Positions 1-6,627 of a stretch of DNA of 33,856 bases are shown here, piece after piece. The stretch covers positions 1 to 33,856 of the IMG/VR virus record IMGVR_UViG_3300020044_004600, one strand, 5' to 3'. The translations under genes were made by a program, and so were the position numbers. Numbering within the stretch: the stretch's first letter is position 1; each line of letters opens with the position of its first letter. Source of the DNA: a virus. Taxonomy: Duplodnaviria; Caudoviricetes. The notes below the pieces were generated by a model, which made no database searches, was not told the origin of the DNA, and saw nothing but the letters and a program-made list of their open reading frames with translations.

Positions 1-406
1 GCGGATGGTGTACGAGGCAGAGACGGGCCAGATCGTGACGGAGGTCGCCATGATCAACCACCCGACCATCGAAATGTCCGGTGCCTCGCCGGATGGCTTT
101 GTGGGCACGGATGGCCTGGTCGAGATCAAGTGCCCCAACACCAGCACGCACATTGCCTCGCTGATGGCCGACAAAGCGCCCAGCGGGTACATCCCCCAGA
201 TGCAGTGGCAGATGGCCTGCACGGGCCGCGCCTGGTGCGACTTCGTAAGTTTTGACCCACGGATGCCAGACGACATGCAGCTGTTCATCAAACGAGTGCC
301 ACGCGACGAAGCGCTGATTGCTGAGTATGAGGCCGAGGTGATCAAGTTCCTGGCCGAGGTGCAGGAAACGGTCGACAAGCTGGTCGCCCTGCGGAGGTCA
401 GCATGA
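1..406 (+). CDS. YqaJ/lambda-exonuclease family protein, 5'-truncated second allele
   Basis: GASPDG, EIKCP and QMQWQM motifs; 122/133 aa identical to the C-terminal part of 32975..33595. Confidence 0.9.
   Translation, partial: RMVYEAETGQIVTEVAMINHPTIEMSGASPDGFVGTDGLVEIKCPNTSTHIASLMADKAPSGYIPQMQWQMACTGRAWCDFVSFDPRMPDDMQLFIKRVPRDEALIAEYEAEVIKFLAEVQETVDKLVALRRSA
1..406 (+). repeat. Imperfect terminal direct repeat, matching 33190..33595
   Basis: First 36 nt identical to 33190-33225, then colinear with many substitutions; offset 33189 bp. Confidence 0.95.
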
Positions 407-690
407 ACGGGCGCGACTTGCGCGACGCTGGCCTGGCGCTGGTTGCTCGGGGCCGTGAGGACTGGCTGGCTTATGCCAGATCGGTGGCCATCGAGGTGGC
501 TGAGGCCACGGGCCAAGTCACCATCAACGAGGTCAGGGAGCGTGTGGAGCTGCCTGCTGATTACCACCCCAACACATGGGGTGCGGTTTTTAAGGGTGAC
601 ACCTTCGAGCCGATTGGATACTGTCAAGCAACCCACCCATCAGCCCACGCTCGGGTTGTTCGGGTTTATAAACTGAAGGAGCAAGCATGA
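403..690 (+). CDS. Hypothetical phage protein (possible winged-helix)
   Basis: ATGA overlaps at both ends, GGAGG RBS. Confidence 0.75.
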   Translation: MNGRDLRDAGLALVARGREDWLAYARSVAIEVAEATGQVTINEVRERVELPADYHPNTWGAVFKGDTFEPIGYCQATHPSAHARVVRVYKLKEQA

Positions 691-1106
691 AAGCAAACGG
701 ACTGGCACGCATCGGCAAAGACGCCGAGGTGCGATACACACCAGGCGGGGCAGCGGTGGCCAACGTCTCGCTGGCGTTCACCTACGGCAAAAAAGGCGAC
801 GACGGCAAGCGCCCGACGCAGTGGGTCGATGCCTCGCTGTGGGGCCAACGCGCAGAGTCGCTGGCACCGTACATCAAGAAGGGTGGCCAGATCGTGGCAT
901 ACCTTGAGGATGTGAGCATCCAGACATTCACCAAAGGCGACGGCACGCAGGCCACCAAGATGGTGGCACGCCTGGTTGATCTTGAGTTTGTGGCCGGTGG
1001 CGAGCAGGCAAGCAGCCAGCCTAAGCCGCAGCCGAAACCGCAAGCAGCACAACAGTCGCATGGCTCAGGCTTTGACGACATGGATGATGATATCCCTTTT
1101 AATTAA
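687..1106 (+). CDS. ssb: Single-stranded DNA-binding protein
   Basis: OB-fold pattern (RIGKDAEVRYTPGG, W...LWGQRAE), Q/P-rich linker, acidic DDDIPF tail. Confidence 0.95.
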   Translation: MKANGLARIGKDAEVRYTPGGAAVANVSLAFTYGKKGDDGKRPTQWVDASLWGQRAESLAPYIKKGGQIVAYLEDVSIQTFTKGDGTQATKMVARLVDLEFVAGGEQASSQPKPQPKPQAAQQSHGSGFDDMDDDIPFN

Positions 1107-1114
1107 AACGGGAC

Positions 1115-1153
1115 TATAATGGGCAGCACCATCCGCACACAGGAGTTGCCATG
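1115..1153 (+). promoter_or_regulatory. TATAAT -10 box plus hairpin covering the RBS/ATG of the HNH gene
   Basis: TATAAT 1115-1120; ATGGGCAGCACC can pair with GGAGTTGCCAT; no good -35. Confidence 0.55.
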
Positions 1154-1594
1154 TCTCGTTTCAAACAGTGTTTTAAGTGCCAGGCTGTCAAGCCCATCGA
1201 GGAGTTTTACAAGCACTCCCAGATGGCTGACGGCCACCTCAACAAATGCAAGGATTGCACCAAGAATGATGTCAAAGATCACCGCGAAAATAACTTGGAC
1301 AAAGTTCGCGCTTATGACCGGGAAAGAGCAAAAACTGAGAGTCGAATCAAGCACAACATTGAAGTCACTCGCGCTTGGCGGCAACAAGACAAACGAAGGC
1401 AAACAGCGCACTCTGCAGTCGCCAGAGCCATCAAAAGTGGCGCACTGGTTCGGCAGCCGTGTGAATCTTGCAGCAACCCAAAGTCGGTCGCTCATCACGA
1501 CGACTATGACAAGCCGCTGGATGTGAGATGGCTTTGCCAAGCATGTCACACACAGCACCACAAACGCATCGCAAAACAACTGGAGCAACCATGA
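1151..1594 (+). CDS. Zn-finger/HNH-type endonuclease, probably free-standing homing endonuclease
   Basis: N-terminal CxxC...CxxC; C-terminal CESC...HHDDYDKPLDVRWLCQACH; AGGAG RBS. Confidence 0.75.
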   Translation: MSRFKQCFKCQAVKPIEEFYKHSQMADGHLNKCKDCTKNDVKDHRENNLDKVRAYDRERAKTESRIKHNIEVTRAWRQQDKRRQTAHSAVARAIKSGALVRQPCESCSNPKSVAHHDDYDKPLDVRWLCQACHTQHHKRIAKQLEQP

Positions 1595-1818
1595 GCACAC
1601 GCATCTACCTGGTCACCGACGTGGAGACCAACAAACACCGCCTGATTCGCGCAGGCAACCAGGCCCAAGCCATTCGGCACGCAGCGCAGACGCGCTTCGA
1701 CATCGAGGTGGCTGGCCAAGATGATCTGGTGAGCCTGCTGACCAGTGGCATTCCGGTCGAGCTGGCCGGTGGGCCTGCAACAGCAGATATGTTTGAAGAC
1801 GCAAAGGAGACAGCATGA
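1591..1818 (+). CDS. Hypothetical phage protein (MSTRIYLV...)
   Basis: ATG at 1591 overlaps the upstream TGA; GGAG RBS. Confidence 0.75.
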   Translation: MSTRIYLVTDVETNKHRLIRAGNQAQAIRHAAQTRFDIEVAGQDDLVSLLTSGIPVELAGGPATADMFEDAKETA

Positions 1819-2303
1819 AACGCTACATCGGAACCAAACTGATCAACGCCAAGCCAATGACACGGCAGGCCTACAACGACTTCCGAGGCTGGACTTTGCC
1901 AGCCGACGAGAACGGGGCCGACGAAGGCTACCTTGTCGAATACGTGGATGGCGGAAAAGGCAACACCGACCATTACGCCGGTTACGTGAGCTGGTCGCCT
2001 GCAGACGTTTTTGACCGCGCATACCGCCCATGTGAAGGCATGACGTTTGGCCAAGCCATCGAGGCCATGAAGGATGGCCAAAAAGTCGCTCGCTCTGGCT
2101 GGAATGGCAAAGGGATGTTTGCATATTACGTCCAGGCCAACAGCTACCCTGTGCAAACAGGCGCAGCCAAGAGCCACTTCGGCGAAGGCGCGATGGTTCC
2201 ATACAACGCTTACATGGCCATCAAGAACGTCAATGAGACAGTCAGCACTTGGGTTCCAAGCGTGAATGATGTGCTGTCCGATGACTGGAGGATTGTCGAA
2301 TGA
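1815..2303 (+). CDS. DUF2829/Tad2-like sponge domain fused to an N-terminal YIGTK...GYLVEY...SWSP domain
   Basis: C-half MTFGQAIEAMKDGQKVARSGWNGKGMF...YMAIK...WVPSVNDVLSDDW fits the DUF2829 pattern. Confidence 0.85.
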   Translation: MKRYIGTKLINAKPMTRQAYNDFRGWTLPADENGADEGYLVEYVDGGKGNTDHYAGYVSWSPADVFDRAYRPCEGMTFGQAIEAMKDGQKVARSGWNGKGMFAYYVQANSYPVQTGAAKSHFGEGAMVPYNAYMAIKNVNETVSTWVPSVNDVLSDDWRIVE

Positions 2304-2452
2304 CCAGCAAGAATAAGACCCAATACGTGACCGTCCGCCTGTCAGACGAGATCATGGCCAAGCTCAAGGCCGAGGCCGAGCGCAACACGCGCAGCTTGAG
2401 CGCCCAGGTGCTGCATTACATCCGGCTGGAGCTGGACAAGGTGAAGTCATGA
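2300..2452 (+). CDS. Arc-like ribbon-helix-helix DNA-binding protein (50 aa, not in the ORF track)
   Basis: MTSKNKTQYVTVRLSDEIMAKLKAEAERNTRSLSAQVLHYIRLELDKVKS; ATGA coupling at both ends. Confidence 0.85.
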   Translation: MTSKNKTQYVTVRLSDEIMAKLKAEAERNTRSLSAQVLHYIRLELDKVKS

Positions 2453-2577
2453 AGCGCGGCTGGCAGTTTGATGTGGAGTGGTTCACGCACCGCTGGCCGC
2501 TGTTTGTGTTTGGCATTCACCAAGGACAGTTCTGCCTGTGCCTTTGGGTGGTCGATGTGACCATCTGGAGATACTGA
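2449..2577 (+). CDS. Small Trp/Phe-rich hypothetical protein (42 aa)
   Basis: MKRGWQFDVEWFTHRWPLFVFGIHQGQFCLCLWVVDVTIWRY; start/stop overlaps with both neighbours. Confidence 0.55.
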   Translation: MKRGWQFDVEWFTHRWPLFVFGIHQGQFCLCLWVVDVTIWRY

Positions 2578-2729
2578 TGGACAAACGGCACATGCTGATG
2601 GCATACCTCAAGCCATCGAAAATGCACTTGGCCGTCTGCAAGGCCGCTGGCTGCGGGTGCCGTCCCGCGCTGGCGGTCTTTTTCGACCGAGTGGAAAAAA
2701 CATTCAGCATTTTGGAGTTCAAGCCATGA
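2577..2729 (+). CDS. Small hypothetical protein (MDKRHML...)
   Basis: TGATG coupling, GGAG RBS. Confidence 0.55.
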   Translation: MDKRHMLMAYLKPSKMHLAVCKAAGCGCRPALAVFFDRVEKTFSILEFKP

Positions 2730-2992
2730 CATACGCGTCCGAAGATGACACCGAAGAACTGTTGCGCATCGGAAAGATGCCAAAGCCTCTACGCATTGCC
2801 GCCATGCTTGAAAAGACAATGCAGTGGCCTTTGCACGGCAAGGCTGCAGACTGCTTGCGTGAGATGTATGTGTTGTTTCAACACTGCGAAAACGAGATGC
2901 GTTACGCGGGGTGGGATAAGCGTGAAGCCGACAACTACGTGAGAAACGATGTGTACGAGCAGATCAAAAACATCTTGGAGAAAAACACATGA
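2726..2992 (+). CDS. Hypothetical phage protein (MTYASEDD...)
   Basis: ATGA coupling at both ends, GGAG RBS. Confidence 0.65.
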   Translation: MTYASEDDTEELLRIGKMPKPLRIAAMLEKTMQWPLHGKAADCLREMYVLFQHCENEMRYAGWDKREADNYVRNDVYEQIKNILEKNT

Positions 2993-3537
2993 CCGAAGAC
3001 GAGATGAAGCTGGACATGCTGGTGGCCGAGCTGGAATACGAGAACCGGCTTTTACGGGCCAGAAACGAGCGACTGGTATCCGAGGCCCAGACAAGCAACT
3101 TTGAGCGCACAGCGGCCTGGCTGAAGGCCTGCGGAAAGGTTCCTGGGCCTTACACGCTGTCGGTGCAGATCGGATGCCACATCGAGGAGTTTCTGGAGTT
3201 CCTGATGTGCATCGACTTTGATTCATCAAAGGACGCCGAAAGCCTGGAGATCAGCGTTGAGCAACTACAGCATGTGGCCACCGGGCTAAAGATGGGGATG
3301 GTTATGGCTGGCATCAACAAGAGCGACCGCATCGAGGCGCTCGACGCTTTGTGCGACAGCGAGGTCACCGGCAACGGTGTGGCATACCTGGCAGGCTTCG
3401 ACAAGCGTGGAGCCGACCTGGCCGTGCTGGCCAGCAACGACGCCAAGCTGGTGGACGGAAAGCCGGTGATCCTGCCAGGCGGCAAGATCGGCAAGCCGCC
3501 GAATTGGCAAGCCCCAGACCTGTCGGGGTTCGTGTGA
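2989..3537 (+). CDS. MazG-like all-alpha NTP pyrophosphohydrolase
   Basis: IEEFLEF, DALCD, SNDAK and GKIGKPPNWQAPDL motifs. Confidence 0.85.
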   Translation: MTEDEMKLDMLVAELEYENRLLRARNERLVSEAQTSNFERTAAWLKACGKVPGPYTLSVQIGCHIEEFLEFLMCIDFDSSKDAESLEISVEQLQHVATGLKMGMVMAGINKSDRIEALDALCDSEVTGNGVAYLAGFDKRGADLAVLASNDAKLVDGKPVILPGGKIGKPPNWQAPDLSGFV

Positions 3538-4016
3538 AGAAAAAGCGCCAGCCACGACCGAAGCGGTACACCTTGCTCGACGAGATGACCGCAAGTCCGA
3601 CCGAGCCTTTGCCACAGGCTTGGCGGACGCACCAGCTCACCAAGATGTACCAAGGGCTGCACAACCTGGAGCAAGGCGAAAACCCGCAGCCAAACGACTG
3701 GCGGCTGGTGTCGGACGCCATCAACTTGGTGGAAACGCTGGTGCAAGAGATGAAGGTCTGCGAGGACGGCAGCGGCCTGCTGATGGACGCCATAACCGCC
3801 ATGGCCAAGGCAGGCAGGCGCAGCAAGGCAGGGCAAAGACTGCGCCTGGACGGTGAAGGCATTGTGGCCGTGCGTTCCATCCTGAGCGACTATGCGGAGC
3901 TGATCGATGTGCTGCCAGCCAGGGTAATGGTGCGCTGCCACCGACTGACAGAAAAGCGGCTGCATGAAATCCTGGACGGCAAGCGTGGGCCGCACGACAT
4001 TGAGCTGATGGATTAG
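3534..4016 (+). CDS. Hypothetical phage protein (GTG start, VKKKRQPRPK...)
   Basis: GTGA overlap with the MazG stop; coding-like helical sequence. Confidence 0.7.
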   Translation: MKKKRQPRPKRYTLLDEMTASPTEPLPQAWRTHQLTKMYQGLHNLEQGENPQPNDWRLVSDAINLVETLVQEMKVCEDGSGLLMDAITAMAKAGRRSKAGQRLRLDGEGIVAVRSILSDYAELIDVLPARVMVRCHRLTEKRLHEILDGKRGPHDIELMD

Positions 4017-4079
4017 GGAAATCCCCTATAAAATAATCTTTTATTCCTTGTGTGCGTTTGTGGGTGTTTGTGCTATGAT
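4014..4079 (+). promoter_or_regulatory. Early promoter: palindrome TAGGG-N5-CCCTA, AT-rich box and extended -10 TGTGCTATGAT
   Basis: Palindrome 4014-4028; TATAAA-N3-ATCTTTTA 4027-4043; TGcTATGAT ends 4079; same AT box and -10 at 32328-32356. Confidence 0.75.
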
Positions 4080-4105
4080 CAAGGCATCGCAACCAAGGAG
4101 CCACC

Positions 4106-4255
4106 ATGAACAATCTGATCGAAACCTACCGCAAGTGCCCGACACCTTCCAACCGGGCCAAACTGCAGACTTATCTGCAAAAGCACATGATGGCCTTGTG
4201 CCTTGCAACACCGGAAGAAGTCGCCTTTCTCAAGGCCAACGAGTTCAAGATTTAA
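4106..4255 (+). CDS. Small hypothetical protein (49 aa, MNNLIETYRK...)
   Basis: AAGGAG RBS; first ORF after the promoter. Confidence 0.7.
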   Translation: MNNLIETYRKCPTPSNRAKLQTYLQKHMMALCLATPEEVAFLKANEFKI

Positions 4256-4265
4256 GGAGACCACC

Positions 4266-4454
4266 ATGATCAAACGCTACCACCTTATTCTGGCCATCAT
4301 CGCCCTGATCGCAGCCATGGGCATTGTTGGCCAGAGCGACTTCGAGGACGAGCAGGCCCAGGCAGAGCAATACTGCGAAATGGTCAAGCTCTGGAAACAG
4401 ACCAAGGGCCAGGCCGGGTGGCCAGCGTACAACGGTGAAGGGGGGTGCAAATGA
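4266..4454 (+). CDS. Small membrane-anchored/exported protein
   Basis: AAGGAG RBS; hydrophobic LILAIIALIAAMGIVG then YCEMV...GWPAY. Confidence 0.75.
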   Translation: MIKRYHLILAIIALIAAMGIVGQSDFEDEQAQAEQYCEMVKLWKQTKGQAGWPAYNGEGGCK

Positions 4455-4639
4455 AGACCGAGACCAGCATCCACCGGGTGGCCAAGATCGAGATTGGCGA
4501 GCGCCGGTTCCACGCCAGCTCGACAAGCCCATTCTGGTGCCGTAGCATCACAGTGACCGACGAAGATGGCCACAGCCACACGCTGGAGCTTTACAGCCAC
4601 AGCGAAGACGAAGACACAGCATTGAAGGTGACCTCATGA
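4451..4639 (+). CDS. Hypothetical protein
   Basis: ATGA coupling at both ends. Confidence 0.6.
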   Translation: MKTETSIHRVAKIEIGERRFHASSTSPFWCRSITVTDEDGHSHTLELYSHSEDEDTALKVTS

Positions 4640-4896
4640 CATACCTGGCCGAAATCGAAAGCACCGTCGCAGGCATCCCCTGCCTGATTGGCGTGACGGA
4701 ATTCAGCAGCGTGCGCGGCTCGTACAGCTACAACGCGCCCAGCGACATGGATTATTACGGGTACAGCGAGAGCTGCTGGAAGGTGCTCGACAGACGTGGA
4801 CGACCTGCCGCCTGGCTGGATCGTAAGCTGACGGGAGCCGACCGCTGCCGCATCGAGCGCGAGATTGAGGAAGCCATGACCGAGGATGCGTACTAA
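4636..4896 (+). CDS. Hypothetical phage protein
   Basis: Coupled ORF, AAGG RBS. Confidence 0.7.
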   Translation: MTYLAEIESTVAGIPCLIGVTEFSSVRGSYSYNAPSDMDYYGYSESCWKVLDRRGRPAAWLDRKLTGADRCRIEREIEEAMTEDAY

Positions 4897-5120
4897 TGGA
4901 CGCGCTCGAACATTACGACCAGCTTTATGGTGACCTGGGTCTGTCACCAAACGACGCAGCCAAATGGGTGTTTATCTCCGGCTGGAACAGCGCCATGCAG
5001 GAGGCCATGAAGCGTGTGCAGGCCATGCCTTTTGGCAACGACACCAAGGCCAGTTTTTCCATTTATTTTCAGCAGATGATGAAGGTCGATGCTGACGAGA
5101 TCAAGGCAGGCATGCAATGA
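4896..5120 (+). CDS. Hypothetical phage protein
   Basis: TAATG coupling, GAGG RBS. Confidence 0.7.
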   Translation: MDALEHYDQLYGDLGLSPNDAAKWVFISGWNSAMQEAMKRVQAMPFGNDTKASFSIYFQQMMKVDADEIKAGMQ

Positions 5121-5236
5121 CTCACTGCGACGATTGCAAACGGGACAGGCTGCCAGATGGTGGCATCAGGCTAACGCCGACCAGGTGGGTGTGCGCAAGG
5201 TGCTGGACGCTGATCCTGCAAAGGCGCAGCCGATAA
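5117..5236 (+). CDS. Small CxxC...CxxC zinc-ribbon protein (39 aa)
   Basis: MTHCDDCKRDRLPDGGIRLTPTRWVCARCWTLILQRRSR; ATGA coupling; ends at the strand switch. Confidence 0.6.
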   Translation: MTHCDDCKRDRLPDGGIRLTPTRWVCARCWTLILQRRSR

Positions 5237-5243
5237 ACAAAGA

Positions 5244-5459
5244 TCAGCGCCTGCCAGCACGTTGTCTGGCATTGGTATCGGCCTGCCACTGATCGCGGCA
5301 CTCAGGGCCGCAGAAGCGCCTGTCAGCGGCCACAGGCTCTTCGCAGTAGTGGCACAGGCCAGTCGGCTCAAGTCGCTGGTGTGGCTGCCTGGCGGTGGTA
5401 AGGCAGGCCTCGCGCTCTTGTTCTTCGCGTAGGGTGGCTTGGTCGGAAACGTCGGTCAT
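5244..5459 (-). CDS. TraR/DksA-like C4 zinc-finger protein
   Basis: N-terminal DxxDxA (MTDVSDQA), then CHYC...FCGPEC. Confidence 0.75.
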   Translation of the reverse strand: MTDVSDQATLREEQEREACLTTARQPHQRLEPTGLCHYCEEPVAADRRFCGPECRDQWQADTNARQRAGRR

Positions 5460-5486
5460 AAAAAAGACCCGGCACAGAGGCCGGGC
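5460..5486 (-). terminator. Intrinsic terminator after the lysis cassette
   Basis: CCCGGC-ctctgt-GCCGGG stem-loop followed by TCTTTTTT. Confidence 0.85.
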
Positions 5487-5514
5487 AAAGCAGCCGAAAC
5501 TGCGGAGACAACTG

Positions 5515-5928
5515 CTATGCCTTGCCCTTGATGCGCTCGAAAGTGCGAAGGCCACCCAAGCCTAACATGCCGGTCAGCAAGACCATCAAGGTCTCGTTGT
5601 CGATCGGTGGCAAAGGCGGAACAGAGCCACCAAAAACGGCCACCATCCACGGCAAAACAGGCTGCAGGAGGAACTGGTACACCAGGCCGAAAACGCATGC
5701 CCAGCCGGTCGCTGGACGCCAGCCGCCACGGAACATGTCTGTGCCTGCCTCGACCTTGTTGACCTCGATCTGGCCAAGCGCCATCTTGGTCTCTGCGTCC
5801 AGGACGGCAAGCTCGCCTTTCTGGGCCAGCTCCATGAGCTTGATCTTGGCCTCTGCGCTTGCCTGCGGGTCGGGCAGCACCTTCTCTAGCACGGTGCCGA
5901 TCACGGGGATGAGCGCTTGCCAGATCAT
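5515..5928 (-). CDS. Holin, GTA-type 3TM family
   Basis: QIEVNKVEA...GGWRPATGW...LLTGMLGLGGLRTFER pattern, next to the endolysin. Confidence 0.85.
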   Translation of the reverse strand: MIWQALIPVIGTVLEKVLPDPQASAEAKIKLMELAQKGELAVLDAETKMALGQIEVNKVEAGTDMFRGGWRPATGWACVFGLVYQFLLQPVLPWMVAVFGGSVPPLPPIDNETLMVLLTGMLGLGGLRTFERIKGKA

Positions 5929-6305
5929 GGGTATGCCTTTCGATCAAGCTCGAAGTGAGGGCCGTCTTTGAAGGTGCGCCAGTCACCACCCCAGACGATG
6001 GCCACGTCCAGCTCCTTGGCCGCCTCTTTCATGGCTGCCGCGATCTTGTGATACAGCGGCCACGACCAGTCCACCTGGTTGTCTATCCAAGCCCCAAGAT
6101 CGACCGCGTGGCCGGTGATGTGGCGCGAGTTGAGGGTCTGGCTTGCACCGGACTCCATCAGCATTTTCTGACGCTCAGGATCGCGCAAACCTTCCAGGAC
6201 TGTGAAGTCCACGGTGGTGATCTCAATGGCACGCTCGACAACCTTCACCAGGTCATCGTGCACGCCTTTGAGACGCTGCTTTGAACGTGCGCCGAGCTTG
6301 TACAT
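5925..6305 (-). CDS. Endolysin, M15 family (L-Ala-D-Glu peptidase)
   Basis: EGLR...SRHITGHAVD...WGGDW..FKDGPHFEL; start at MYKLG. Confidence 0.92.
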   Translation of the reverse strand: MYKLGARSKQRLKGVHDDLVKVVERAIEITTVDFTVLEGLRDPERQKMLMESGASQTLNSRHITGHAVDLGAWIDNQVDWSWPLYHKIAAAMKEAAKELDVAIVWGGDWRTFKDGPHFELDRKAYP

Positions 6306-6514
6306 CAGCTTTTCCAGTGGCTGGCCACAAAGCCAACAAAGGCAGAAAACGCCGAGGCGATGCTCATGCCAATCCAAAGCCCACCCTTGGAGCGATTGGC
6401 CAAAGCCAGTAACTCTTCGAGTTGGCGCTCCATTTTGTCGACCTTTCGATCCATGTCCTGCACTTTTTGCCAGAGCACGCCGTACTTAACCAAGTCGATC
6501 TCTCCATCTGCCAT
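6305..6514 (-). CDS. Coiled-coil plus C-terminal TM lysis-associated protein (holin/antiholin-like)
   Basis: GGAGG RBS; helical region then GGLWIGMSIASAFSAFVGFV; directly upstream of the endolysin. Confidence 0.7.
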   Translation of the reverse strand: MADGEIDLVKYGVLWQKVQDMDRKVDKMERQLEELLALANRSKGGLWIGMSIASAFSAFVGFVASHWKS

Positions 6515-6532
6515 GACATCGGCCTCCAACAT

Positions 6533-6616
6533 TTAGATGCCCTGGCCGGGCGTGACGTAGACAATGTCCGCGCCAGAGGCGGAGCCGGTAAAGTGGTTTT
6601 TATTGTTCACGCACAT
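6533..6616 (-). pseudogene. 27-aa ORF, probable C-terminal remnant of a small virion protein
   Basis: MCVNNKNHFTGSASGADIVYVTPGQGI; GAGGTG RBS; end resembles LNIATGEGGI of 18794..19087. Confidence 0.45.
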
Positions 6617-6627
6617 TTCGTATCACC

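Noticed and set aside
1-406. True terminal redundancy, attL/attR or DGR template/variable repeat
   Set aside because: Copies differ at many positions without adenine-specific bias; no reverse transcriptase or integrase present
4014-4028. Host assignment to Burkholderiales from the palindrome and gene style
   Set aside because: Only an impression; needs homology or CRISPR-spacer matching
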